A stretch of 61,797 nucleotides of DNA, counting the filler. It is 3 parts of 3 records of this genome, joined end to end, with 100 filler letters (N's around TTAATTAATTAA, not from the genome) between each part and the next. Parts side by side here need not be neighbours in the genome. Positions count along the whole stretch, not along the records: positions 27,417 to 46,245 come from DRR378314_1580; positions 46,346 to 61,797 come from DRR378314_1581; 1 more part is not named here. One strand, 5' to 3'. The notes beneath the pieces were generated by a model. The model was given only the letters and a program-made list of their open reading frames with translations, was not told the origin of the DNA and did no database searches. Below are positions 38,201-51,746 of the stretch, piece after piece. Each line of letters starts with the position of its first letter. The first letter of the stretch is position 1. The position numbers were made by a program, and so were the translations under genes.

Positions 38201-40596
38201 CTACAGTTCATCGTGCGCCATCTCTTTGCGCACTGCTTTGCCATTCTCGCCCATTCTCTCGGCAATCAAATGCGACATGTACATTCCCTCGCGCGTTGCC
38301 CAAAGACATCGGTTGTCCCCGGCCGAGCGCGAAGAGTACACCTCAAAGTGCGCTCTGCAGCAGATACAAGAAAAAAAGGGAAAAAATCGAAATCAGCATC
38401 CGTTGCTGCACTCTTTTGTCTGTGTAACATGCAAGATCTGTGCAGAGATCTATAAGATCCCAGCAGCACAGGATGGCAGCGCCGAGAACCGCACGCCAGC
38501 TCCCGACAAAGCCGCCGTGCTCCATATCCCAGCACCGAAGCCTCGCAAGCTTCAATCCAATGGTAGAAATACCAGGAAATGTGGAAGAAGTTTACGCAAT
38601 GGATCTCGCCTTCGTGTTAGAAAGAAAAAGGCCCTCCGCAGCGGCCGCTCGCGAAACAAGCTTCGGCCCGATGCCCGGCGCGTAACCTGTCGACAACAGT
38701 CGCTTGCGCGCCAAGCGCCCATTATTGATCCAACCAGGCACATCGACCCCACACACAGATACACACAGTCTCACTACACCACACGCCAAACTAACGTACG
38801 CAATAGGACCATCATAATTCCGTTTGTGGGCACAAAGATAGAGACCGGAAACTGCGTGCTTAAATTTCACATTCGCCTCGCGCTTCCAGAACTCGCCCTT
38901 GTGCGACTTCTCGCCGCATTCCACAATCCAGTCGTTCTCTGCACGAGAAACGTGAGGGAAATGTCCAGGGGGTGGGGAGAAGCGTACGCCAGCTCGGTTA
39001 TCCTCCCCACACCAGAGCACAACGCACCGATAGGTGTTGTGTACGGATACTGCGGCTCCCTGCAAAGACGCACTTTCGTCGCCCTTTCCCTGCGTGGAAT
39101 ACTCGCCCACTGGGACCATCCGCACGGGCTGCCCCTCACAGGACTAAACGTACCAGCGTTTACCTCCGAAAAGCCGGTCACTTCGTAGTTCCCGTCGTTG
39201 CCAGAGATAGGCGCGTAGTAACGATCATGTGAGTGCAGAAACGCACGCGTTGATGCGTGCAGTAGCTGAATTTTTGACCCACAGCGCACAAGTGCGCCTG
39301 CTGGGCACATCCGCCCGTTGGCCTCGGCGGAAACGGTCTGCACAAATCGGCAGAACGCACAGGAAGGCGCCCCTTAGCAGCAATGCGGGGCGGCGCAAGC
39401 AGCAAGTGTTTGTCCCTGCGTTCTCGTGCACAACGTCACAGTCAACGTTCAAAAGTATCGCCTCCGAAACGCAATGGGAAAGCTTCACCGTACATTGCTG
39501 CGCTTAGGCCGTGCAAAAGAACGTACCCACAGCGCCTCGCCGTGCCCGCGCGAGGGATTCGCAGTCACAACTTGCTGCCGGCTTCCCATATTGAGCTGCA
39601 GTGTGAGGCATAAGCAAGCATGGCGCACCAGTTTACAATCAAGTACACATGAGACTATCATAATGCGGATGTGCGCATCAACTGCGAGCCGATCAACACC
39701 TGTGCAACATACCGCGCCGAAGCCTGCTCGCAAGTGCAACGAGCAAAACGAAAGAACGGCGCGCCGTCACCAGCTCGACGCAAGCGCGAAAGAAACGTAC
39801 TTGCAACTCTTGGGAAAACAGACGTGCACGCGTGGCCGGATTCCTTAGCGAAACCGACGATCCACATGTCACTGCGCCGACCGCTTCGTCGCTAAACTCA
39901 TGCGCGTCGGTCTGCAGGCAACGTGTAAAAAAGGAAAACCAGTTTGAGAGCGTTCCGGGCGTGCTGCGCACTAAGCCGCACCAGAGAAGGAACTGAGGCT
40001 CACAGCAACAAGACAACGCGGCACCGTAACCCACTCGCGCGCCAGTGCATCCTCTACCATCGTTGCCCGGCTGGCAAACTTTATCGAAACACCAATATGG
40101 CACGGCACATGCCGGTAGTTCACCATGCCCTTGTGGGGCTGCGCGCCTCGCTGCAGCGGGGACGTGTGCCGGCGGTAGCCAGTGCCCGGCCCGCACGCGA
40201 TCCCGTGCAGAGCGCACAGGAACACGCGCACAGACGGGAATCGGAGAGCTGCGCCGACACGCCACTCCGCAGGGCAGGCGACACAGAGCTGCTTCCGTAA
40301 TCCGTGTACCAGACTCGTGGCATTCGGGCAAACGACAACGGAAGGACACTGAAGGGCTGTTGGCCACCAGGAGGCAAGCGGGGAACGCAGTGCTTTCCGC
40401 AACGGGTCGTCGGCAGTCAATTCCCTGTGACGACGGACGCGACGCAGCAGGCGACTCGCACCTGCACACGCGTCCGGCCGTCAACAGCAGCGTTCAGCGT
40501 TGGCTCGCCAGGGCGCAGATCCGGTCCATCCCACGTGGCACGTGCAAACGCAAGCACACAGCACGCAATAAGCAGTGTGCGGTACGCAAGTCTCAT
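38201..40596 (-). CDS. SDF2: Stromal cell-derived factor 2-like MIR-domain ER protein ending in HDEL
   Basis: Signal peptide MRLAYRTLLIACCVLAFARA, then VTCGSSVSLRN, GSRQQVVT, VRCGSKIQLLHASTRAFLHSH, NDWIVEC, VKFKHAVSGLYL and LWATREGMY...AHDEL*. Six GT-AG exons. Confidence 0.92.
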
Positions 40597-41819
40597 CGTC
40601 GATGTTAACGAGCCGTAAGTGCGCCCAGCTCCAGCGAAGCGCCCAAGGGGTCGAGTCAGAAGAGGCTGTGTGCCGCCGCTTGCCACCCAGCGCAACCATT
40701 GCGTGCATACGTGTGCGCGCCTGTGATCAGAGCGTGTGCCTCCGGGTTTCACTCGTTTGCGCCAAGGCGCCAAGTTGAACGGTGTCCTTGACACAGCCCT
40801 CTCGGCCCTAACCGGTCCCTCCCACGCTGCACGCGAGCACAGCACCTATGCACGGGATCGACGCTCGACGTCAGCCTGTATTCGTGCTGGTGCGTACGCC
40901 TTCTCTGTTTGCAACGAGTACCGATGACATTGTAAACACAGTCCTATGATACACACGCGGCCGGCGAATAACGGAAAGACGGAAAGGAAACCCCACCGGT
41001 GGGCGACCGTTCTTAGCAGCGTCACTCCGGCGCAGCCCGCACCGCTGGAGACCAGCCCTGTCGCGTCAGAGCTACCTGGCGCACCCTCGGCAATTAATCA
41101 ATCAAACAAATCAATACCCTGCTGCCTGGAAAACAGAGAATCCCTATTTGCAAACGATTTACATGATGAAAGAAACAGTGTGATGAGAAGCAGCTGGCAG
41201 GTGCGCCGGTGCATCGAGCAATCACGAAAATGCACCGCCCTTCGGGGTTTTCCCTGTCGCACGAGTTTTAAGCCTACAACCCATGCACTCTGACGCCCTT
41301 CTTGCTAGACGTGAGCAGCCACCACCCTCCAAAGATTATCGGGTGCGCAAACAAGGTTGTAAACCATACTTGATCATCGCAAGCCGATTTGTCAACATAC
41401 TGAAACCAGTACAGATAGTGCGCAAGATATGTAATAAAAGTTCACCCAGTGGCAGCGCCGAGGTACGCTACGGGCCCAGTCGTCCGCTGGTTTCTCCACA
41501 AATCTTCCATTGCGAAAATGTTGCAATTGCGGCTACATTCCGCCGATTTTCTTGGCATACACAAAAATTATCGAATGGAAACGATTCCACTGCGTTTGGC
41601 TCCGCTCGCCCGAGTATGCGAGGTAGCAGAACGCAAAGCACTGACGGGCGTCGCAGCCCACAAGCGGCGATTGGACGAGACCGGGTAGCAACGCATACAT
41701 TGAGACATCCATACAAAAGGTTTCAGCACTCACTCTTCGGAACACGCCCATTGTGACTCGATTAATGGCCCAAAAAATCATGCTCGTAATCGATTTTCTT
41801 TTCGCCTCTCCTGTGAGCA

Positions 41820-43146
41820 CTACAGCTCGTCCCCGCCGGCACCGCGCGACAGTGCACCGGTAACAACAGCCGTCGTTTCCAAGAAGCGATCTGCACCCCA
41901 TTGAAAAGCCGCCCCATACGGATACGCAGCGTAAGCGCCTGCAACGTCCCAGAGCGCATTGCATGCTTCGCCAGAATCGTGCACAGCACAAGATTATGAT
42001 ATCCATTTACATCGCTTCCGTTTTACCGCGTCTAGAGTGCACTGCAACGATGTGCAGATCGGGTGGGTGAACGACGCTGCGCTCACGCTGAGCACCAACG
42101 AGTCGGAGCAGCACACGCCGGAACGCACCCATACACTTTGCAAGGCATGCCTGCTCAGAGTTCGAAAGCGAGGCACCAGGCTTGCTCACACATTTGTCAA
42201 AGCACTGCCCAAAACCGAAACGCATAAAGAATGATGCAGCAGAAAAAGTAAGTGACAACATACTATCCATAGCCATCTGCCACGGCGCAGGGCTAGGCGC
42301 TACAGCGCACAAACGGCCCTTGCAGGGCCCGCGTGCTGCCCCCTGCAGTCAAGACCACACGCTGCTTGCCTATTTGAAGACTACACATACGGGACGGCAT
42401 CCAAACAAACCGACGTCCTACGCAACGCGACCTAAGTATATGATCTAATGGCTTTCCCTTTTCTCACCGAAAAGTAGCAAGGCCGCTCATTTCCGAAACA
42501 CAATCAACACGACTGCGCTCTCGAAGTGGAACGGCGGCGCGAGAGCGCAGAAGCTACACGCAAGCAGAGCAACGAGTACCGTGCACACCCGGGGAACTGC
42601 AAGGGTCCCGCCAGAAGTCTGGCAAAAAGTACGCAATCATTGCCCCATAAAGTCACAAATGGTACTCTTGGCCCTGTCTTGCGCAGTCACGTACAACAGC
42701 ACCCTCCCGTTCGCACGTCCCATTCCGGGCAACAGACTCCCGGTACAGGAGCGCAGCAACGCCGCCGCGCAGACACTTGCGCACAAAGCGTGCACTCTCG
42801 CGCCCTTGGCCGTTTCCTCTACAGGAACGAATACCCAAATCAAGTGCACTCTTGATATTCACGAATCTCACAACGTCGAACAAACAATAAACTTCGCGTG
42901 CTTGACAAACAAATAGAGGGAGGGAGAAGTTCGGCGGTAGAGAAGACGCACACGATGTCCAGGGCACACGTGCGAACCAAAGCAATGCCCCACGCGCACA
43001 CGCACGCACACGTGCGCAAACGCACGCGCCCGTACCTTTTCAGTGATCTTCGTCAGCGTCACCTGGAGCTGCTGGGCTGCCATTTGCTTCTTGAAGCCGT
43101 GAACTGCTTCGCGAACTTCGTTCTCCGAGGGTGGCGTGGAAGACAT
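41820..43146 (-). CDS. TIM13: Small Tim chaperone, Tim13 (Tim8/13 family)
   Basis: Exons 43146-43036, 42204-42129 and 41890-41820 give ...KITEK|CFDKCVSKPGASLSNSEQACLAKCM|DRFLETT...GDEL*, with the twin CX3C motif. Confidence 0.88.
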
Positions 43147-43906
43147 GGCAAACTTTGCAGACGTGAGGCTGGACACAGCGCGGGGACAACAATACGCAAA
43201 TTTCAGAGTGTGTGCAGCGCTGTGCCTGCCCGTCGGCCAAAAGGGGGCAATCGGCTCTGCTCGCAGAGCGCACGGGTTCCCCACAGGAACAGCCCTAGCC
43301 AAGCAGCTCGATTGCCGCTTGCCCATCCAGTCTTTGCAACGATCGCCGAAACTTGACACAGCCAACCCCACGCGACAGAGGTATCTGTAGGCGCATGATT
43401 CTCACGATGCTTGATATATTTGCATCCCGGTCTCCCAAAAAATAACAGTAATATATCGATAGTTATCCACAATACTTTGCACTGCTAACTGGGGGTGGGC
43501 GCCCTCTAGCGTGCACTCTCGCAGCGTACTTCAGGAAGACGCAGTGCTGTGTAACTGCCTGCTCACACAACCAATGCTCATGTACAGGGTTTCTGCTGCG
43601 CGCTGCAGACTACATCTTTCTGAATACTCTCTTTGCTCGCGGAGTCCTTCTTTGTCGCGACGGCAGTGGTTGCAGCGTGAAATGCGTCCTGAGCCCACGA
43701 GCGCGCCCTTCCCAGCTCCGCCGACTAGGTGTCCCCGCGATGAGGTGGAGCCGCCGTCTACGCTCATGTTGCTGCCTCCCGACCCAGTGAAATCCCCCGC
43801 GCGCATGCCCGCCCTCTCCCATTGCACCTATACCTTGAAAAACGTTGAGTCGATTACCACATCACTGTATACTCTGTTCAATCCGAATCCTTTCGGATAG
43901 CCGTCG

Positions 43907-46170
43907 ATGAGTTGGAGAAGGAGGCAGAGCGTCCCGGAAGGGGGAGCACTGCGCTTCCGTGCAGTGCTCTGCGCTATCCTTGTGGCCGCCCATGCCGCTT
44001 TGGCCCAGGAAGCGTCAGCGCCTCAGCAGGACAGCCAACAAAAGTACCCTGCATCGATTTTTGGACGCGAGTACTCCGATACGAAATTCGAACAAGAAAA
44101 GCGAGATCTCATAGCTACATCGAAGACGTCACTCGAAGTGTTTGTCGTTCCACACAGTCACAGCGACGCGGGCTGGCTAAAGACCGTCGACGAGTACTTT
44201 GACGAGCAGACGCGCGCCATCATTGACAATGTCCTCGCCGAGCTACAGAAAGTGACAACGCGCAAGTTTATTTGGGCTGAAGTCGCCTTCTTCCAAAGAT
44301 GGTGGGAACAGGCTTCGTCAGAAAGCCGCCTGCTTTTCAAGTCATTCGGTGCGTACTGCTGCACTCTGCTGCTCGTCTTTCGCGCCGTCGCAGTGCAGGG
44401 CAGAACGCACGGCGAGGCGAAGCATCGCTACGCAGTCGGCCCCGCACGCCGCTGCCCACAGATGCCCACGAACCGTGCAATACTTCTCAATCCAACACGC
44501 CTCGACATACTAGTTGCGCAATTATTTTTATATGATCTGGGAAGCATGGCTTCACTCGTTCGCTCAGAAGCATCAAGCTATGGAGCTGCATGCCAACACA
44601 TGAGCGCGGCTGGCGATGTTGCCCACCGCTGCAACGCGACCGCACGCTTTCGTACCCCTCCCCTCCCAAGCAAGGAAATGCCATTTTCCGATGCATCCTC
44701 CCTGTCATACATATAACATTTGTACCGTTACGGGCGCTATTGCATTCGGTACAGTCACACAGGGACGAATCGAGTTCGTAAACGGCGGATGGGTGTCCAA
44801 TGACGAGGCCAGCGTAACTCTGGACGACGCGCTGCGCCAGACTACACTAGGTCACGAGTACCTCTGGCGCACCCTTGGTGTTGTGCCTCACATAAGCTGG
44901 CAGGTACGCTCAGAATCCCTTGCGAGGTACATGACGTCCTAATTAGTAGGATATTTATAGCTTGTGTCAAAGTCAACAGCGATCGGGCGTGCAGAGACTG
45001 GCGACGAATGCAAAAAAGCGCGGTACAAGACGACATCGAGCTCGGAAACGCCGTGACCACCCCTTGCATAACAGGCTAGCGCTGCGCCTAACTTCCTCGC
45101 ACCACATATACCGGCACATGGGTGCACATTGTCGTGCATCCGGCTCTGCAAACTGGCAAATGCATCACAACTATGTGACAGATCGATACGTTTGGAGCAT
45201 CAACAATGATGCCGTTTCTGTACAAGAAAATGGGGTATGACGTCCACGTCATCGATCGAATTGACGCACGAAGGAAGTACTTCTACGAACAGCGTACGTC
45301 TTTTGCTTTCACCCGCCTTTCCGCACCACATGCAAGATGAGTTACATTAGGATACCATAATCGCTGCACTTGTCGGTGGCCTGACTATCCAGAAAATCAT
45401 GACCGCAAATATGTGGCCGGAAACAAGGCTGTGACCGGAGATGTGTGTGGAGGGGTGGAAACCTGGACCGTATGCACGGCAGTCAAGCACTGTACCCCGC
45501 AGCGTGTCATACCAGACGGCTGCGGTCTGGTTTTGGCGTTGCTTTACCCACACAGCGGTCCGCATGCTCCTCAGATAGAAGAGATCATGATACATGCATG
45601 CAATGTACTGTATGCATGCAGTTTGTGGTCTCGTAATTCGTGTTTATCGCTTACACCTCTTCTCTCGCCCCTTCCTTAGCGAACCGAAATGTTCAAGGGA
45701 GCGTCGCGAGTTGGGTTAGCTACATCGAACGCCAGCAGGTCGAAGGGACCCATCTAGGAACGAATGCTTCATCCCGGTGCTGCAAGGCACGGCACACAAT
45801 CCTACATGCACTTACACAAAGAACGGAGTGCAAGCAACTACGCATCAATTTCTTGAAGCCTAGTGTAACCGTAGCCAACATCCCGGGCGATCGTCTCTGC
45901 TGGGTTACGGTAACGCCCCTCGTGCTCTCTCATGCAGTGCCGGACTCGGGTGAACTTCGCACGGAGAAGAAGCTGCAGTTCCACTGGCTTCCCTCTGGAT
46001 CGCTGGATCCCCAGGAGACCATCTTTACCCATATTCTCGACAGCCATTACAACAACGTTATTGGATTTGATTACGAGAACCCCGATCCAGTCGCTAATCC
46101 ACCCGTCACCGACATAAACGCAGAGGCCCTTGCATTTGCGTACGCGAGGGAATGCCGCGAAAGGGCCAAG
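43907..46170 (+). CDS. GH38 alpha-mannosidase (lysosomal/MAN2B-like), 5' part only, truncated by the gap
   Basis: Signal peptide, VFVVPHSHSDAGWLKTVDEYF (Zn motif), RKFIWAEVAFFQRWW, IEFVNGGWVSNDEA, WQ|IDTFGAS (nucleophile region), RID, LQFHW and IFTHILDSHY. Confidence 0.93.
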
Positions 46171-46186
46171 GTGCGCCTGTACCAGC

Positions 46187-46245
46187 GACAGTGACAGCGA
46201 CAGAGACAGCGACAGAGACAGCGACAGCGACAGCGACAGCGACAG
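46187..46245. repeat. (GACAGC/GACAGA)n hexanucleotide microsatellite in a mannosidase intron, running into the gap
   Basis: gacagtgacagcgacagagacagcgacagagacagcgacagcgacagcgacagcgacag. Probably the cause of the contig break. Confidence 0.9.
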
Positions 46246-46345
46246 NNNNNNNNNNNNNNNNNNNNNNNNNNNNNNNNNNNNNNNNNNNNTTAATTAATTA
46301 ANNNNNNNNNNNNNNNNNNNNNNNNNNNNNNNNNNNNNNNNNNNN
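46246..46345. other. Assembly linker (N44-TTAATTAATTAA-N44), not biological
   Basis: Same artificial cassette as 27317-27416. Confidence 0.97.
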
Positions 46346-46427
46346 AAATGCCCCATCGTTTCTTGGCACTAGCATGAAGGGTCTGCTTCGTGGTTCTAAC
46401 AAAGGTAGAGCGGGTCGTGGAGCGCAC

Positions 46428-49400
46428 CTCTCAGCACACTGCGCGGGCGTGTGCCCTGCTAGCGCCTTGCTGGGCGGGAGACTTCGCAGCGACCGCGACC
46501 CGTAGTGCTGGAAAGGGCGCAGAGCGGCGACAGCCGAAGGCAGTTGTTGGACACGAGCGGCGGCAGGCGCACAGATCGCTCCAGTGAGCCTCGCCAAAGA
46601 CATCGATCAGCAGTGGCTCATGCCTGTGTATGGGCGCCACACAGCAGCACGGAAATACTGCGGCGCAGCAAGGCGACGATGCACGGGTCGGCAGCGGCCC
46701 CGAGGACGTTGCGGGCTGAGGTGCTTGCTGGGCGAGCCTGTGGCGGTGTGGCACCAGCGCGTCTCTGCTGCCTATGGCATCGGGGCCCATCGAAAGGTAG
46801 CTTGGACACTATGCCGTACCCTCACGTAGAGCAAAAGCTCTCGATCTTGTTCTCGCGACCATGCCGGATGTGCAGCGGGGCGTGCGGCCGCACGTTCACC
46901 CGGTTGAGGCGTTTGGGCGCCTTGGTGGGAGTCGTCGTCAGAGAGCAGCTCCTCCTCCTCGACGTCCGAGTCCGAGTCTGCCGCGCCACGCTGCGCCGAC
47001 CGACGAGGCTGTCCTTCGTCTTCAACACGAGTTCGTTCAGCATACGCTCGACGCAATACAGCAATAGTATACATGGGGAAAACATTGTCGCGTATAAAAG
47101 ACCAGCGCGTACCAAAATGCCGCACAGCCTACAGCAAATGGAGTCACAGCCAGGCATTGAACGCGTCCGCAAGCAAATGGCGGCGTTTGCCTCGTTACCA
47201 CCATTTCGCATACAGGGGCGCAGGCGTCTCGAACTGTGCGCGAAACAGAGGGAAACGAGTGCATCGTTGACCTCCCGCACGCCCTTGCCTACTACCTACA
47301 GTCAGATACCCGCTGAAGTGCCCTTGCGATGCGCAGCCACAACAGAATGGCGTCGCCGAGGTGCAAAAAAGCGGCGAACTGGGGAGGGGGCTGAGGGAGA
47401 ATCGAGCGACAAGCAGCAGCTACAAGCCGTACCTCTACCAGCACATCGACTTCACGCGGTGACATGCGCCGCAGTCGCATTATTTCTGTGCTTCTCACAC
47501 GTGACATGGCCGTTTTTACGGCGCTTGGTGGGCGCTCGGGCCGCGCCAGGTTCATCGCGCGGATGCGAATCTGTTTTTCCGTTTTGGACGGTAGGAAACT
47601 CTTGCGTATCAGTTCATACTGCCTCCCAAACTGCACGGCATACGCAGGGCCACGAGAACGCAGGAGAGAGAAACCATGATGTCATGTAATGCAGAGTGGT
47701 CACGGGCACCTGTGCGCCATCCATGCAAAGCAATGCCTTGCGTGGTTATTAGGGAAAGCCGGCGTAGTGATCAACCGCAGGTGTGCTGTGCCAAAACCAA
47801 TCACCCCATGCCGATGCCTTCCATGCACTATTGCATTTCCAACCCCCTAAACGGGACAACCGAAACGTGCCCTTCCAGAGCGCACCCGGAAAACTACATG
47901 CACAAAACGGAGGCTGTGTTCATTATTGTCATACCTGTCGTATGCCAAGCGCAAGCATCGCATCTTCCGCAGGCGTGAAGATGCACTTTGGCGACCTGGA
48001 CGAGTCGGCCTGCGCCGCGGCGATGCTCTCTGGACGCAGCGCCTCGGCGAACACGCCCTCCAGGTCTTGGAGAATACGCGCGGGCGCAAACGCCGCGTGG
48101 CGCTCTCCGTTGCGCCATCGCCGCATGCACTCGAGCACAAACGAAGCCTTTTCAACTCCAGGAACACCAAAAACGGACGCGCCACTTGAGCCGTCCTGTG
48201 CAGGAAAAGTCAAGGCGCAAAGAGGTATGAGCGCGTCGACTGCATCAGACGCGCCGTTCCACGGGTGCGAGCACGCAGTGTGGTCCGCGTTGAGGGGGCG
48301 GGGCTCAACAGGCTATGAATCGAGTGGTTATACTTTTATACATGGGACCGATACTGGATAGGATGTACGCACCCCTTGCAGGAGCTCCGACTGCGCTGCT
48401 CGGAAGCTCTGGTTGATCTCATACAACCGAACGATCTCTTCCAGCATCGTTTCCTGCCGCTCCAAAATGCCCTTGAGAGACCGCGGCAAATCAACGCGGC
48501 GATGAATATCCAAATACATCTACAAGAACAGAAACAAACACCATAAAAATTCGAGTTTGTTTCACAGCAGCAGAACAAAGTCTTGCACGAACATTATCGC
48601 ACGCGAACGCGCTGCGTGTCAACGTAGTCACCCATTGGGATGCGCAGCATCGCTCTGGTACAAGCGAGTCAGCAGAGCGCGATTGGCTCAAGGAGCGGAG
48701 CAGAGCGAACAACAGCGGCAGCAGCAGCAACAAAGAGGCACGGACATGGCATGATCGTGCACCATGGACAATAAAAGACTGATACTCAAATAGAGCGCGA
48801 AACAAATGCGCGTCGGCTTATGTTCAGAGGGTGCATACCTGGAAGAGGATCTGAATGTGAATGTGCAGCTGGCTGGCAAAGCGGATCGCCTGCTCGCCAG
48901 TTGCGCGGAAAGGAACAGGGCGAGGAGTTGGGCCTGCGAGCACGAGAGCGAACGCACGAGAAACGACCGGCAGCACCAACGGCGACAGCGACGTAATCGG
49001 CACCAGCATATCTCAGAAATATAGCACATCAGCCGTATCTTTCGCGTATATGCAGCGCTGCGAAAACAACAACAACAACAGATGCGACGACCGTCGCTAT
49101 TTCTCTGCGCGCAAGACATGCGCAACAGAGCGCTGCCTCCCTGTGCGGAGGTGCTCAGCCCTGGGCGAGCACGCGCTGCGGGAGAGGGAAAGCTTCTTCT
49201 TTCACTGCCTTCTTTCGTACCTTGGTTGAGAATTCCTACAATGGAAGGTCCTTGCTGTACAATGCGCTTAGCGTGCGCAATCGTTTCCGGATCAACAAGG
49301 CTCCGGCGTCGCTTTGCGGCAGCGGCCTCATCCGGATCGAGCTCCGTTTCGCGCTGGAGGTCCAGGAGCTCTCGCCCTGCCGCAGTGTTCACAGCAAATC

Positions 49401-51471
49401 ATCGCACGCAGCGCATAGCAATCACACTGTGCCACGGTTTTCACTATGACAAACTCTTTAACAGCATAAATTCTGTAATTAGAGTGTCAAAAGAATGGGA
49501 GATATCCGCGCATCACCGGGAGGTTGATTGCTCCTTGCCCGGCAACGAATGAGAGCGCGGCGTGACATCGTCGTGCCTGCTGCATCGCAGAAACACGACG
49601 TCTGCACGCAGGAGAGCTTCCTCGGCGCGCAACTAAGAAGCAGGATGCTCCATGCATTGTTCGCTTCTACACCCTTGACGCATGCGATAAACTTACGAGA
49701 TATGCGCGTTGGGCCTCGCTTTCGCCTAGACTGTCCTCGCTGGCGGCGTTGCGCATCGTCTTCAACATAGTCTGCGTCCTCATCGGTTCCTCCACCTCCG
49801 CCGCTTGCAGTCGCGTCGCGCTGCCGTACTGCAGCTGTTGTACCGGCATTGGCAACGGAAGTGACAACAGTACAGTGTAAACGCACCATATACGTCGATC
49901 TTGTAAGAACACGCGCAGCGTTCACGTCCACTTCGTCCGCGGAAGGAACTACTGCGCCACTTCGGCTGCGGGCGTGAGCGCACACAGCTCGCACGGCAAG
50001 CCCTCAGAAGCGCTCCTCGTGCAGAGCGGAGCAAAGCGACAGAGAAAGAACGAATGTCCTTCCGCTCACCTTGTCGCAAGCCAGTCAAGAAAGCAGCGTA
50101 CTCGCGATCATTTTGTGCATTCCATCCGCGCTCGCCACCGGGTGCTGCTGGGGCGATGCCCGCAGTGACGACTGCTGGCTCCGCCGTGCGGTCGAGCACG
50201 TTGTCGTCCAGAATTGCTGCAGACAGGTCGCACAGTAGAGCGCAGCGTACGCCGGGTATGCATGCCGAGAAAGAAACCGTGAACAGAATATAAACGTACG
50301 CCGCAAGGACGATTCAACGTCAACGATACCGATCAGTGGCTTTGCTCAGCATTTTCGCTGTTGCTAAATCGCATCGGGCAATGTCCTTGATCTGCTGTGC
50401 TTCGTCCTTGCGTTGTCCCAAGCCCATGCACTGATCCCGGGAAACCGACACCGCGGCAGCGCCCCTTTGCTCAGTTCTTGGGAGGGAGAGCGACACAAGA
50501 ACAGCCGGTCGGTCTGGCTGAACTTCCTACATGCATCATCTGTAACCGTTGTAGCATACCTTCCAGCTCGTCCAACTCAACGTCTGTCAGCGGGAAGCGC
50601 GCTCGTGTGCGCATCCAGATGGGGCCTTCGTCATCTTCGCCACAGCCGGGAATCTCTGCGCGCAGCACGCGGGACCGTCGCATTCAAGGAGAACCTGCAA
50701 CTGAGGCACAGACACGCCGCGGCTTCACTCCGACCTGCAAACTGCACGGTCTAGCTCTTGGTCGCACATGTTTCTGACGGATCCATGGCAGTCTATTCGT
50801 GCGCGGCCCGCAGGAAACCGCGCTGACCGAGGACCTCAACGCTGCGGCGTACCGGCAACAACGCTGCTGCGCTGCGAGCGCACTGGTGTATGCGCGTCGG
50901 TGTCTTCCTCGTCGTCTTCAGCTTCTGGCTGCGGCACGTATTCATCATCCTGTGATACATAAAGGCCATATAGGAGAAGTAGCACCGCAAGAGTTACGAG
51001 CAATCCGATATCGGGCGCAGGGAGAGGCGAGAGTAGGAAGAGCGCTTCCCTTCTTTCGTAGCGAGGATACTGGTTAGCCAACCGGGACGCGGCAGCGGGC
51101 GTTGGAAACTGGTCGGTGAGAAGTCGAGTATGCTGGCCCGCGTTTGCGCGGCAGAAGGCCACCACAAATAATATCGTGTGCAGAATGCGAGCTGTACAGC
51201 ATTGGCAGAAGCAGGCAATGTATGTCAGAACGCTCTACCGCCTTGCCGAACCGCGTGCGGCGCTGCACACGGCGCGCAAGCTTCTCCAAACGCGCGAAGG
51301 AGCACAGTATCCACCGGGCGCGCTTGATGCTGAGACGAGGCGCATAGGCCAGCGTGCGCCATTCGATTCCCGGTAAACCCCGGTATATTATTCACAATTC
51401 TTTTTGATCTGACACATCCGATATATCCCACTTACGTCATCGTCTTCAAAATTGGGATCAAGAGCGGCCAT
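46428..51471 (-). CDS. GON4L/YY1AP1/DUO3-like Myb/SANT protein, 3'-truncated by the gap
   Basis: MAALDPNFEDDD|DDEYVP, PIWMRTRARFPLTDVELDELE, DREYAAFLTGL, QLHIHIQILFQ, FTPAEDAMLALGIRQ..FGRQYELIRKSFLPSKTEKQIRIRAMNL and a C-terminal Myb-like WSREQDRELLLYVR|HYGS...HTPAQCAER. These match motifs shared by GON4L and plant DUO3. Confidence 0.8.
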
Positions 51472-51499
51472 AAATGCCGCCCCGCGCCGCATGTTTGCG

Positions 51500-51509
51500 T
51501 GGCGGGAAA
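51500..51509 (-). promoter_or_regulatory. E2F/DP-like site TTTCCCGCCA about 30 bp upstream of the GON4L-like ATG
   Basis: Plus strand tggcgggaaa matches the TTTSSCGC consensus. Function is inferred only. Confidence 0.3.
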
Positions 51510-51746
51510 GCAACGCTGCGGACTCGCGCGCAGCCGACTCCCGCAGCTGCCCGCGAACGGGCTCGCCGCGAGGTACCCCTATCCAGCGGGCAACGACGGC
51601 ACTTGAGTGCGTAGCTGCGCGTTTTGCAAGGCGTGCGCATTAGCAACGCTTTATCCGTAGAAAATCACCGGGTATTGCATGCATGTATTTATATACACAT
51701 GTCAAGAACACACAATCAATGAGTTCACAAACTCCGATTTCTCGGC

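Noticed and set aside
37908..39188. 426-aa plus-strand ORF
   Set aside because: It is antisense to SDF2 exons and introns, with non-protein-like composition.
43511..43900. 129-aa ORF just upstream of the mannosidase
   Set aside because: It starts at GTG, has no motifs or splice support, and lies in the divergent TIM13/mannosidase promoter interval.
46505..47689. 394-aa plus-strand ORF
   Set aside because: It is the antisense shadow of GON4L-like exons.
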